From Escherichia phage vB_EcoM_JNE01: DNA of 64,000 nucleotides. Position numbers and translations under genes: made by a program. A model generated the notes under the pieces. The model ran no database searches, was not told the origin of the DNA, and saw only the letters and a list, made by a program, of their open reading frames with translations. This document shows positions 1 through 8,867 of this stretch, piece after piece. The DNA lies in sequence record OR670491. One strand, written 5' to 3'. Numbering within the stretch: the stretch's first letter is position 1; every line of letters begins with the position of its first letter.

Positions 1-29
1 ATGCACAAGTGAACTATAAGTGTTGACTT

Positions 30-692
30 ATGGCAAATCTAGTGATACAATGCAAGAAACAACATAAAGAGGGCAAAAAAGTGTATCGATTCATGAAGGA
101 AGTGTTTCAAGCAGTTATCGTTATGATGCTTATCAATTTCCCATGCAGTGCAGGTGTGGAACGAACAAGTGTCATGCGATATTATGAGGAACCTAATGCT
201 CTGGTGGTTATATCAGAGTTAACGGATGGTTCTGCTGACCGTATAATCAATTTTTACGATAAGACCCCATTCAAAACATTAATCATTACATCTCCAGGTG
301 GGAGTGTAGATGCAGGTCTGAAATTGGGTTCTTTAGTGAAAGAAAATGGAATTCAAGTGATTGTTGTAAAGTACTGCAACTCTGCATGTTCCCTCGTGTA
401 CTTCAGTTCACCGAAGGATAAGAGACTAATGGAAGATGATTCAGTACTTGGACTACATAACGTTTCAATTGAAAGCAAAGGGGGTGATGGTGATAACACT
501 TATGTGACTATTCGACAGTTGAAGCAGTTCACAGAGGAATTGTCATCTAAAGTAGGTTTTATGTTTACGTTGTACGCCAGTAATGGTATTCCTACAAACG
601 TACTAATGCGTATCGCAACTGCACGTGGTGATGATGTAATTGTTGTCACTAAAAAAGAATTAGAAGTTTGGGAAGCATCAATCCCTGACTGA
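30..692 (+). CDS. ClpP/S49-like serine peptidase family protein (start uncertain)
   Basis: Motif ITSPGGSVDAG resembles the ClpP/SppA NSPGGSV box; hydrophobic N-terminal segment (FQAVIVMMLINF); possible Ser/His positions (NSACS, GLHNV). Start may be upstream ATG or the internal MKEV. Confidence 0.45.
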   Translation: MANLVIQCKKQHKEGKKVYRFMKEVFQAVIVMMLINFPCSAGVERTSVMRYYEEPNALVVISELTDGSADRIINFYDKTPFKTLIITSPGGSVDAGLKLGSLVKENGIQVIVVKYCNSACSLVYFSSPKDKRLMEDDSVLGLHNVSIESKGGDGDNTYVTIRQLKQFTEELSSKVGFMFTLYASNGIPTNVLMRIATARGDDVIVVTKKELEVWEASIPD

Positions 693-765
693 TTATAATT
701 ACAAGAGGATGATATGTGTTGTACTCCCCTTGTAAAAAACATATAAAATACACTGGGATATTAAT

Positions 766-1026
766 ATGAGCACATTGCTTGATTGGATTTCAATCCTTTA
801 TTATTCAATTTTAGTTTTATACAGTTTCACTATTCTACTTTCCGTTGGAATGTATAAAGAATTTCGTAATGGTTTTTTGAATGAAAAAACTAATAAGTTT
901 GCTTCTAAATTCGAAGCAGTACTTTATTATTGTTTAGCTTCTGGATACATTACCTGTTTAGTACTAATGGGTATTCTTATGTATTTTATGGGAACCATTT
1001 TACAAGTTCTTCCATCTCTAAGTTAA
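766..1026 (+). CDS. small hydrophobic membrane protein
   Basis: 86 aa ORF, strongly hydrophobic, followed by terminator hairpin. Confidence 0.35.
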   Translation: MSTLLDWISILYYSILVLYSFTILLSVGMYKEFRNGFLNEKTNKFASKFEAVLYYCLASGYITCLVLMGILMYFMGTILQVLPSLS

Positions 1027-1032
1027 GTGAAT

Positions 1033-1060
1033 AAAAAAGGGAGCATAAGCTCCCTTTTCT
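1033..1060. terminator. bidirectional intrinsic terminator between convergent genes
   Basis: A-tract, GGGAGC-ATAA-GCTCCC hairpin, T-tract; sits between + gene ending 1026 and - gene ending 1064. Confidence 0.6.
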
Positions 1061-1063
1061 AAT

Positions 1064-1972
1064 TTAAGCTGCACTTACAACATAAGTACATTCAGCAGTA
1101 TGTGAACCATCAACTGTAGTTACGATAACACTAGCATTACCTTCACCAACTAATGTCACTAAACCTGCATTTGATACAGTAAGAACTTCATCGTTAGTAC
1201 TTGACCATACAACATCTTTGTTAGCTGCATTTACTGGGAGTACAGTTGCAATTAGTGTTTCGGTTCCACCAATTGGGCCATTACTTGATGTTTTACTTAA
1301 AGTAACACCAGTAACTGGGGTATTGACAACATATGCACAAGATGCTACTTTAGAACCATCAACTGTTGTTGCGTTGACTGTTGCTGAACCGTTACCAACT
1401 AGAGTTACTAATCCAGAATTAGACACGGTGAGTACTGCGTCATTAGTACTTGACCATACAACTGATTTATTTGTTGCATTTTCAGGTAATACAGTTGCAA
1501 CTAGTGTTTCAGAACCACCAATCTGACCATTACTAGAATTTTTATTCAATGAAATACTTTCGACTGGAACAACAACTGCGACATACTTAGTCGCGTACTT
1601 ACCAGTTTGTACTTCATTGCCATTAGTAAGAATTACTTTATGGGTGAAAAATTTATATGCAAAACCGAGTGCTTCCATAGTTGTTGCATCATAAACTTTA
1701 ACAGCGAATTCATCACGACCAAGTGCACTTGCAATTTCTTGGGCAGTGGCTGATAAATCAAGTAGGTTACGATTTTTATCTCGACCAACCATTGATACTC
1801 TTTGATAAACAGTAGTTGAATCACTATCAACTAAGTCAAACATGCGAGTACTACACTCGTTGATAATGTATAGTTCTTTATCAATTTCTTGAGCACTGTG
1901 ATCAGTTGCTGCAAAAACACAGATACCACCAACGTTGAATGGCAATTCACCAAATTTAGCTATAGGCTTCAT
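1064..1972 (-). CDS. Ig-like (Big_2-type) repeat protein, possible virion decoration or adhesin
   Basis: 302 aa; two tandem ~80 aa repeats (SxNxxIGGxETLxATVLPxNAxNKxVVWSSTNDxVLTVSNxGLVTLVGxG...TTVDGS) typical of bacterial Ig-like domains; only minus-strand gene in window. Confidence 0.6.
   Translation of the reverse strand: MKPIAKFGELPFNVGGICVFAATDHSAQEIDKELYIINECSTRMFDLVDSDSTTVYQRVSMVGRDKNRNLLDLSATAQEIASALGRDEFAVKVYDATTMEALGFAYKFFTHKVILTNGNEVQTGKYATKYVAVVVPVESISLNKNSSNGQIGGSETLVATVLPENATNKSVVWSSTNDAVLTVSNSGLVTLVGNGSATVNATTVDGSKVASCAYVVNTPVTGVTLSKTSSNGPIGGTETLIATVLPVNAANKDVVWSSTNDEVLTVSNAGLVTLVGEGNASVIVTTVDGSHTAECTYVVSAA
1075..1564 (-). repeat. internal tandem duplication (~245 bp unit) encoding the two Ig-like domains
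   Basis: Repeat visible at protein and DNA level (e.g. acttgaccatacaac...agttgcaa(c/t)tagtgtttc...ccaccaat in both copies). Confidence 0.6.
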
Positions 1973-2020
1973 TTGCTTCTCCTATCAATAGAATTATTTT
2001 AATTATTTATAAAATTCAGG

Positions 2021-2049
2021 TTGACAAACATCAACAATCCTAATACAAT
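2021..2049 (+). promoter_or_regulatory. sigma70-like promoter (TTGACA-17-TACAAT)
   Basis: ttgaca at 2021-2026, 17 nt spacer, tacaat at 2044-2049; about 30 nt upstream of CDS 2081. Confidence 0.5.
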
Positions 2050-2080
2050 AGTACTAAATCCAACCGAATAGGAATAAGAC

Positions 2081-2683
2081 ATGACTTGCATCATCGCTCA
2101 CGCAACACGTACTTCATCGTTTATTGCTGCTGACAAGTTAGGTAGCAATAACTTTACAAAAGCAATCCAATCTGAGCCAAAGATCTTTGAGAAAGAGTTC
2201 GATTCTCGTGTATTGGAAGAAGGGTTTATCCCAACAATTCACAAAGATACCATGACAATCGGATACACTACATCGTTCCGTATGGGACAGTTGTTGGAAC
2301 ATTGTCTTGTTCTACCAGAGAAGCAACCAACCCAATCGTTCAAGGAATATCTAGTACAATCAGTAGTTCCAGCTATCCGCACTTTATTCCGTGAAGAATG
2401 GGGTTCTCGTGCCGATAATCAAGATGTAGGTGGTGGTCAGTTCATCATCCTTCATAAGCACAAGATCTATGAAATTCATGAAGACTTCTGTGTACTTGAA
2501 CCAAAAAACAACATCAGTGCAGTTGGTAGTGGTGCATATCATGCAATTGCAGCAATGGCAGCTTATCTAACAGTTGAAACTGAAACTGAAGTTCCATTGG
2601 TTGACCGTATTGGTTCGATCTTTGATATCGTCAGCGATCATGTTGTTAGCGTGAGTTTTGAGCATGACATTCTAAAATACTAA
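2081..2683 (+). CDS. Ntn-hydrolase, proteasome/HslV-like protein
   Basis: N-terminus MTCII (Thr/Cys directly after Met as possible nucleophile); C-terminal AVGSGAYHAIAAMAAYL resembles HslV/proteasome GSGxxxAxxAAxAL. Confidence 0.4.
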   Translation: MTCIIAHATRTSSFIAADKLGSNNFTKAIQSEPKIFEKEFDSRVLEEGFIPTIHKDTMTIGYTTSFRMGQLLEHCLVLPEKQPTQSFKEYLVQSVVPAIRTLFREEWGSRADNQDVGGGQFIILHKHKIYEIHEDFCVLEPKNNISAVGSGAYHAIAAMAAYLTVETETEVPLVDRIGSIFDIVSDHVVSVSFEHDILKY

Positions 2684-2711
2684 TAGGTGCACTAATATAA
2701 TAAGAGAGTAC

Positions 2712-2906
2712 ATGATGACATGGGATATTCTTGACATTGTTTTGCAGTTCTTGATGATTTTGATTGCAGTTGTTTGGTACAATCACATTGTTCTGTTATA
2801 TAATGAAGTTCGTAGTACTAAAGCAGATAAACATTTGACGTACCACATTTCAATCATCGTAAGTGCTTCAATTGTTCTTCTAACGAACTATTTGTTTGCA
2901 CGTTGA
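2712..2906 (+). CDS. small membrane protein
   Basis: 64 aa hydrophobic ORF, stop overlaps the next gene start region. Confidence 0.3.
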   Translation: MMTWDILDIVLQFLMILIAVVWYNHIVLLYNEVRSTKADKHLTYHISIIVSASIVLLTNYLFAR

Positions 2907-2917
2907 AAGGTCAACAT

Positions 2918-3670
2918 ATGTCTACACAATCCTTTTTAGAAAAAGCAGGGGAAAAACGTTTACTGATAATCAGCGGGGCTGGGTTATCGGTTGAAAGTGG
3001 GATGGAGCCATTTCGTTTTGATGATGGCTTATGGGATAACTTTCAAATCAATGACGTGTGTAATATTGCACGTCTTAGTTCCAAATATCATATAGTACAT
3101 GCATTCTATAATACTCTAAGAGTAAAATTAGGTTCGTGTGAACCAAATGCAATGCACTATTACATCAAATCATTAGAGGATCAGTACAAAGATAATTTCT
3201 TACACATGACCTCCAATATGGATGATTTGTACACTCGAATCGGTGGAACCGAGTTGAAGCTTCATGGTAATCTACGAGAAGTTATTAAAAACTACTCAAT
3301 CAATAGTGATGACTATGAAGTAATTGACTGTGGTTATGAACCGTTCATTCCAGAGACTGATGTGTTCTCTAAACCAAATGTTGTTATGATTGGTGAATAT
3401 CATCGTTATGTGGATGGGAACCGTCTTCCTATCTACGAAGAACGAAATGAAGTGTTGCGTAGTCTTACTGAAAATGATACAGTAATTGTTATTGGGAGCA
3501 GTGATACAGTACTGGTATGGTCCAGACTAGCTGGGGCGTTACCTTGTTATAGTGTTACTGTTAACGTCAGAAAGAATGACAATGACTTCCTATTCAATGA
3601 ACGTATCATTAAGCCAGCAACTAAAGCAATTCCAGTACTGGAGCCAATCATTAAGGAAAGAATGAAATGA
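2918..3670 (+). CDS. SIR2-family (sirtuin-like) NAD-dependent enzyme
   Basis: ISGAGLSVESG (GAGxSxxSG NAD-binding motif), TSNMDDL (TQNxD-like), HGNL (catalytic His); no four-Cys zinc module. Start refined to ATG 2918 (RBS gaaagg); ORF-track 2903 is a TTG. Confidence 0.7.
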   Translation: MSTQSFLEKAGEKRLLIISGAGLSVESGMEPFRFDDGLWDNFQINDVCNIARLSSKYHIVHAFYNTLRVKLGSCEPNAMHYYIKSLEDQYKDNFLHMTSNMDDLYTRIGGTELKLHGNLREVIKNYSINSDDYEVIDCGYEPFIPETDVFSKPNVVMIGEYHRYVDGNRLPIYEERNEVLRSLTENDTVIVIGSSDTVLVWSRLAGALPCYSVTVNVRKNDNDFLFNERIIKPATKAIPVLEPIIKERMK

Positions 3671-4224
3671 GTTTGAGAGAAGTACCACTCGGAGAATTTG
3701 GCAAACAAGCAAACTTTGTATTCTGTTACTTCTTTGCACGAAATTGTAATCCATATGAGAATTACGAGTTGAATGATATTCCAGTAGTTAATCTGGTACT
3801 CCTTCAACTCCGTTGGGATGGGTTGATGGGTGGATGTGGAGGAACAGTTGAAGATTCTGATACTTCACTTGAAGCTGCGTTGAAGCGTGAAATCCAAGAA
3901 GAAATGGATTATAATATTTCCATTGAACAGTTGAAACCTCTAAAGACGTTTGAATTGTTCCCTGGTGCTAACACTCATAGCTTCAGTTATGAAGTCACAT
4001 ATGATGAGTTGAAAGCGATTCGTGACGGGTACAGTACTGCTAAACATGCCAGTGCTGAAGTAGCGGGTGTAAATTTATGTCACATTTCTCGATATTCTAA
4101 GGGAAAAAATCGAGAAGCAGGATATAATAATCTCATGACACAAAACTTCATTGGAACAGCTAAGGAAGAATTGCAGTACTTAGTTGAAAATGAAAACTTA
4201 CTTATCAGTTACTTACAAGGGTAG
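3667..4224 (+). CDS. Nudix hydrolase
   Basis: Nudix-box-like GGCGGTVEDSDTSLEAALKREIQEEMD (Gx5Ex7REUxEExGU pattern); start overlaps SIR2 stop (ATGA), suggesting translational coupling. Confidence 0.6.
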   Translation: MSLREVPLGEFGKQANFVFCYFFARNCNPYENYELNDIPVVNLVLLQLRWDGLMGGCGGTVEDSDTSLEAALKREIQEEMDYNISIEQLKPLKTFELFPGANTHSFSYEVTYDELKAIRDGYSTAKHASAEVAGVNLCHISRYSKGKNREAGYNNLMTQNFIGTAKEELQYLVENENLLISYLQG

Positions 4225-4230
4225 AACAAA

Positions 4231-4551
4231 ATGTCATATGAAATGTTCCTCGATGATATTCGTAACCCAGGATACTATTATCCAGGTCGTTCGATGGTTG
4301 TATGTCGTGATTTTAAAAGTGCATGTAAACAAGTTGAAAAATTTGGTATTCCATCATTTATTTCATTCGATCACGATTTGGGCGACATGAATTATGATGA
4401 AAAAACTGGGTATTCCTTCGCTAAATGGATTATTGATTATATGTTTGAGCACGAAATCAAAACACCTTTTGCATTTCATGTTCACAGTAGTAATCCAGTT
4501 GGTAAAGTGAATATCGAACATTACCTTAACAATGCATTCGAAAATTTATGA
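4231..4551 (+). CDS. hypothetical protein (conserved-looking FDHDLG / HVHSSNPVG motifs)
   Basis: 106 aa ORF immediately downstream of SIR2-Nudix pair; family not recognised. Confidence 0.45.
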   Translation: MSYEMFLDDIRNPGYYYPGRSMVVCRDFKSACKQVEKFGIPSFISFDHDLGDMNYDEKTGYSFAKWIIDYMFEHEIKTPFAFHVHSSNPVGKVNIEHYLNNAFENL

Positions 4552-4838
4552 AACAGTTAATTATAAGTGCATTAATAACAATAGCGTTATGTACGGTGTG
4601 TATTCTAATTTTGAATTATATTGACCAAAATTCAAAACAGAATGAACACTTTCAGTCCGCTGTAGTAATTTCATTAGGTCAGTGCAGTAAAAGTGCATGT
4701 TCTTTCACTTACAAAACCGAAGATGGTTATGTAATGTCTGGACTGTCAGAAAAACCAGTATCGATTGGTCAGATTGTTTACCAAAAGTGCTGGGAAACTA
4801 AAGTGCGAGGTCATGCTTGTAGTGATTTCGTGCAATAA
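4548..4838 (+). CDS. membrane/secreted small protein
   Basis: N-terminal hydrophobic segment MKQLIISALITIALCTVCILIL; ATGA overlap with upstream gene. Confidence 0.4.
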   Translation: MKQLIISALITIALCTVCILILNYIDQNSKQNEHFQSAVVISLGQCSKSACSFTYKTEDGYVMSGLSEKPVSIGQIVYQKCWETKVRGHACSDFVQ

Positions 4839-4888
4839 GTAATCTACCAATCGAGTACAAGGATGTACTCATAACTCAAGGATGTTTT

Positions 4889-6328
4889 ATGAAAAAATAT
4901 ACAATTGACACAAACGTACTACTATCTGATCCAAATGCTACCATTGCTTTTGATGGAGCAGCTATCATTCTACCGTTCACAGTACTTGAAGAATTGGATT
5001 CAATCAAAAGTCGTAATGTGGATGTTTCCCGTGATGCTCGTGTTGCAATCCGTAATATTGAAGCAATCCTTTCTGATGCATCACATGAAGAAATTAGTAG
5101 TACTGGTGTTAATATTGCTGATGTTCATACTAATATGAGTCCTGAAAGCAAATTGTTTGTTATTACAAGCGAAGAAGCTGAAGCACTAATTCGCACTGCT
5201 GGTAACGAAGAGAAAGTTCAAACTCTTCTAAAAAGCACAGTACCAGATGATAAAATCATTTTAGTAGCATTAGCAACTGATTCAGTACTGGTTACCCGTG
5301 ATATCAATATGCGTATCAAGGCTCTAAGCTACGGGGTGGAAGTTCAAGATTACCGTCATGATATCGTGATTGGTGATAGTGATTTGATTCACATTGGTCA
5401 ACATCACCTTGACCTACATTTCTGGGATGTGTATAGTAATCTGACTGATGTATCTATTCAGTCTGAACAAGTTGGTCGTCGTTTGTACCACTACATTCCA
5501 AAAAGCTTGATTGAACATATCATGCCACAAAATATTTGCATCGGTGATTACCTATATGATAATGCTGATGTTCTATTTGTGTACGAAGGCCAATCTGCAA
5601 TTGAAGAAGATGATGGTACTTTAACACCAGAAGATATTCTTGTATTCCAAGATATTGGACAATCTGTTGCTCTACGTGCTAAAGTGTGGGATATTAAGGC
5701 TAAGAATATTCAACAAGCACTAGCAATCAACAGTATCCTAGATCCTGATGTTCATCTAACAGTACTGTTGGGTTCCGCAGGTACTGGTAAAACGCTAATT
5801 ACCATTGCGACTGCACTTGAATTGGTTCTTGAGAAGAAGAAATATGACCGTATTATGTTCTCAAAACCACAAGATTCACAATGGGCCGAAATCGGTTTCT
5901 TACCAGGCACTGAAATGGAAAAAATGCTACCACATTGTGGCCCTGCATTGGATGCTTTGGAATTCTTACATAAAGATGATGCATCACCACAAGGTAGTAT
6001 TGAGGAAATAATCAAGCGTAATGTTATTCAGTTCAAAGCATTGAACTTCATTCGCGGTCGTTCATTTACCAACACTATTCTGGTTGTGGATGAGTTTCAG
6101 AACATCACACCTGCTCAGGCTAAGACAATCCTTACCCGTGCTGGCATGAACTGCAAAGTGATTATTCTTGGGAACTTGGCACAGATTGATAGTAAATTCA
6201 TTAGCCCAGTTAACAGCGGCTTAACATATGTTGTTGAGAAATTTAAAAACTGGGATGGTTGTCGAGTAATCGAACTCGAAGGTGTTGTTCGTTCACCACT
6301 GGCAGAATTTGCTGAAGAAAATATGTAA
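4889..6328 (+). CDS. phoH: PhoH-like ATPase with N-terminal PIN domain
   Basis: Walker A LLGSAGTGKTLI, Walker B ILVVDEFQN; N-terminal PIN-like MKKYTIDTNVLL; 479 aa. Confidence 0.8.
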   Translation: MKKYTIDTNVLLSDPNATIAFDGAAIILPFTVLEELDSIKSRNVDVSRDARVAIRNIEAILSDASHEEISSTGVNIADVHTNMSPESKLFVITSEEAEALIRTAGNEEKVQTLLKSTVPDDKIILVALATDSVLVTRDINMRIKALSYGVEVQDYRHDIVIGDSDLIHIGQHHLDLHFWDVYSNLTDVSIQSEQVGRRLYHYIPKSLIEHIMPQNICIGDYLYDNADVLFVYEGQSAIEEDDGTLTPEDILVFQDIGQSVALRAKVWDIKAKNIQQALAINSILDPDVHLTVLLGSAGTGKTLITIATALELVLEKKKYDRIMFSKPQDSQWAEIGFLPGTEMEKMLPHCGPALDALEFLHKDDASPQGSIEEIIKRNVIQFKALNFIRGRSFTNTILVVDEFQNITPAQAKTILTRAGMNCKVIILGNLAQIDSKFISPVNSGLTYVVEKFKNWDGCRVIELEGVVRSPLAEFAEENM

Positions 6329-6337
6329 TAATACGTC

Positions 6338-6363
6338 GGAGTGCTTTTTATAGCACTCCTTCT
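6338..6363 (+). terminator. intrinsic terminator after phoH
   Basis: GGAGTGCT-TTTTAT-AGCACTCC hairpin followed by TTCT. Confidence 0.5.
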
Positions 6364-6374
6364 AAGGAATTATA

Positions 6375-7655
6375 GTGATAATAAAACATCTGTATTATAT
6401 TGACTCAAATTTCAGAAAATACGATAAAGTTTCAAAACTTAATCCAAAATACATTACAGATGTTATTTTCCAAGAAAAATACAACATAGATCGAAACAGT
6501 ACTGAAATACTACAGGATGATATATCATCATATACACCAAACGTAACGGGTTTTTATTATATAAAATACCCAACTGGTGTTAGAAAAGTTTATGCTTTAA
6601 AATGTAATGAGTGCTCTAAAAACTCAGTATTACATGGCGAAGGAATATATCTGGTTCACTTGTCACACATCAAAAACGGAATCATTTCGTGTGGGTGTGC
6701 AAAACGCACAAACTGGACACCATATCAATATTACATAAAAATGATATCAGAATGTAAAAATCGTAATTGCATTTTTTTAGGTTACGATAAAAAACACTTA
6801 CGTTTATATTGTCTCGAACATGGTTACTGGAATACCACATCCAAAGCACACTTCTTTAATGGGAAAGGATGTAGTAAATGTGGGGACACCAATTCAAGAG
6901 TGTTGAGAACAAAAGACAGTTATTTTCATATATCTAAATTTAAAATCTTAAATGCGTATAATTATCGACGTTCCGACAAGATTGATAGTAGTGGTCGCTT
7001 GCGTTATTGGGAATATATGTGTAAGAAATGTTCACATGATGAGTATGTTAGGCTCGGTTTGTGTAATGGGATTTTTACATCATTTAATAGTGATTTAGTA
7101 AAGGGTAAGAAATCATGTCGTTGTTCAAGTAACTATAGATGGACAGAAAAACAGCGTGAATATCAAATCACCAAACTCCTAAAATCCAATTTTCCTCACA
7201 TTAGCTTTAAAGGTTGGGTAAATAGTTATAAAAATATCCATAGTAAGGCGATTTTAAATTGTAATATTCATAATAATTATACGCAAAAAGTAAACTACAT
7301 ACTTAATAATAATTGTGGTTGTCCACAATGTGCTGGGATGACACAGACAGAATGTTATATAAATGTAATATATGATGTGTTTCCAATTGCTATAAAATAT
7401 GGAATTTCAACACATACAAAAAACCGCGTTTGTAGTCAAAATAATAAATCACCATTTGACGTTATTAATCATGGAATTTGGGATTTTGAAAATCCATATT
7501 TATGCAAAATGGCAGAAAATGAATGCAAGCGAACGGTAAGTCGTGTTCTATCAGAACGCGAGCTACCTGACGGATTTACTGAAACCGCTGAAGTGAAATA
7601 TATTGATGATATAATTAAAATATATGAAAGCTGGGGTGGTATCAAACGAAAATAG
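6375..7655 (+). CDS. Cys-rich repeat protein (zinc-ribbon-like repeats), possibly mobile-element derived
   Basis: 426 aa; at least four repeats of CxxC...HGxW...CxxC; markedly AT-richer codon usage than neighbours; GTG start with RBS aagga. Confidence 0.45.
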   Translation: MIIKHLYYIDSNFRKYDKVSKLNPKYITDVIFQEKYNIDRNSTEILQDDISSYTPNVTGFYYIKYPTGVRKVYALKCNECSKNSVLHGEGIYLVHLSHIKNGIISCGCAKRTNWTPYQYYIKMISECKNRNCIFLGYDKKHLRLYCLEHGYWNTTSKAHFFNGKGCSKCGDTNSRVLRTKDSYFHISKFKILNAYNYRRSDKIDSSGRLRYWEYMCKKCSHDEYVRLGLCNGIFTSFNSDLVKGKKSCRCSSNYRWTEKQREYQITKLLKSNFPHISFKGWVNSYKNIHSKAILNCNIHNNYTQKVNYILNNNCGCPQCAGMTQTECYINVIYDVFPIAIKYGISTHTKNRVCSQNNKSPFDVINHGIWDFENPYLCKMAENECKRTVSRVLSERELPDGFTETAEVKYIDDIIKIYESWGGIKRK

Positions 7656-7726
7656 TAGTTTTTTGTAGACAAAACGAAAAATAGTGATATAATAATGTTA
7701 TTAACAACAAAGAAGGAGAATCAATC

Positions 7727-7924
7727 ATGGCTAAACAACCTAAGAAAAAAGAACCTGAAGTTAAAGTTAAGAAAGTTAAAGTTATTCAATCTAAAGAACA
7801 ACGTAATTACGAACTACGTAAAGCAGAAACCCTATCAGGTCTTCAAGCTCTACGTAAACAAGGTGTTCTAACTCGTGCTCAATACCGTGAGATAGTAGCA
7901 CAAAAAGGTTATTGGTCCATTTGA
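7727..7924 (+). CDS. small basic protein
   Basis: 65 aa, lysine-rich N-terminus, RBS aaggag 7 nt upstream. Confidence 0.45.
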   Translation: MAKQPKKKEPEVKVKKVKVIQSKEQRNYELRKAETLSGLQALRKQGVLTRAQYREIVAQKGYWSI

Positions 7925-8020
7925 AGCAATAAACTGGAGTTCTTCATAAATACTTTCATAAGAATAATAATACTTTTTATGAAAATTAAAAAGAACTCCA
8001 TGTGTTATTTCAGTTTTTCA

Positions 8021-8047
8021 TCCCTGTCTTTTGGCAGGGATTTTTTC
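8021..8047 (+). terminator. intrinsic terminator
   Basis: TCCCTG-loop-CAGGGA followed by TTTTTT. Confidence 0.6.
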
Positions 8048-8065
8048 TATCCATAGGAAAGTGAG

Positions 8066-8800
8066 ATGAGCATAACTGATATATCCAATAAAGTTATTAA
8101 TGAATTGGTACAGAGAGGTTTTGCATCACCTATGATATATGGTTCGTGGTGCTACTATGAAAAGTACAAATTCGATGACAAGTATCCTAATGACATTGAT
8201 GTGATTAACATAGTACATGAAGAGTCGGAGGAAGGTGAATTTACTTTGGAGTTGAATTGTATTGACATTCCAGTTAATGTCGAATGCATGACTCTTCAGC
8301 ATTTTAGACAAGATTACAAGACTCCACAAATTAAGTACTTGGGTATAGGTCTTGCAGGTTCCAACAATTCATCAATCAATCACATCTTTTTATATCTAGG
8401 TGCAGTTCACAGTTACTATGCTGAACTTCCCAAAAATGTTGTTCGAACTATGTGCAGTTCATCATCGTCTAAGGCATTTAACAAAGGTGTTAAGAAACTG
8501 ACACTTGACGATGACTACGATAAAGATTTGGGTCTAAAAAACATCTGGCATAGCATTCATTTCATTTCTATAGTAGATTCATATTACAAGTCCTACGATG
8601 ATAGTCTTAATGTTGCAGAATATGCGTTGTATACTGAATATAACATGTTGCGTTGTATCCCGATGCGTGATATGATATATAAAATTTACGAGGAAACTGA
8701 AGGTTCTCTTCAGGATAAGGCTCAAGCAGTCATAGACTATGCAAAGCCTTTACGTAACAAATTAATGACAGAATTTCGTGCCTTATACCCAAAGGAGTGA
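8066..8800 (+). CDS. hypothetical protein (possible minimal nucleotidyltransferase fold)
   Basis: 244 aa; N-terminal YGSW...DIDVI loosely fits GS...DxD of Pol-beta-type NTases; RBS ggaaag. Confidence 0.45.
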   Translation: MSITDISNKVINELVQRGFASPMIYGSWCYYEKYKFDDKYPNDIDVINIVHEESEEGEFTLELNCIDIPVNVECMTLQHFRQDYKTPQIKYLGIGLAGSNNSSINHIFLYLGAVHSYYAELPKNVVRTMCSSSSSKAFNKGVKKLTLDDDYDKDLGLKNIWHSIHFISIVDSYYKSYDDSLNVAEYALYTEYNMLRCIPMRDMIYKIYEETEGSLQDKAQAVIDYAKPLRNKLMTEFRALYPKE

Positions 8801-8867
8801 TATAATGAAAAAACATACAGGAAAACAGCCGTTCCATTAGGTTAATTTAACTTAAAGGAGACTATAT

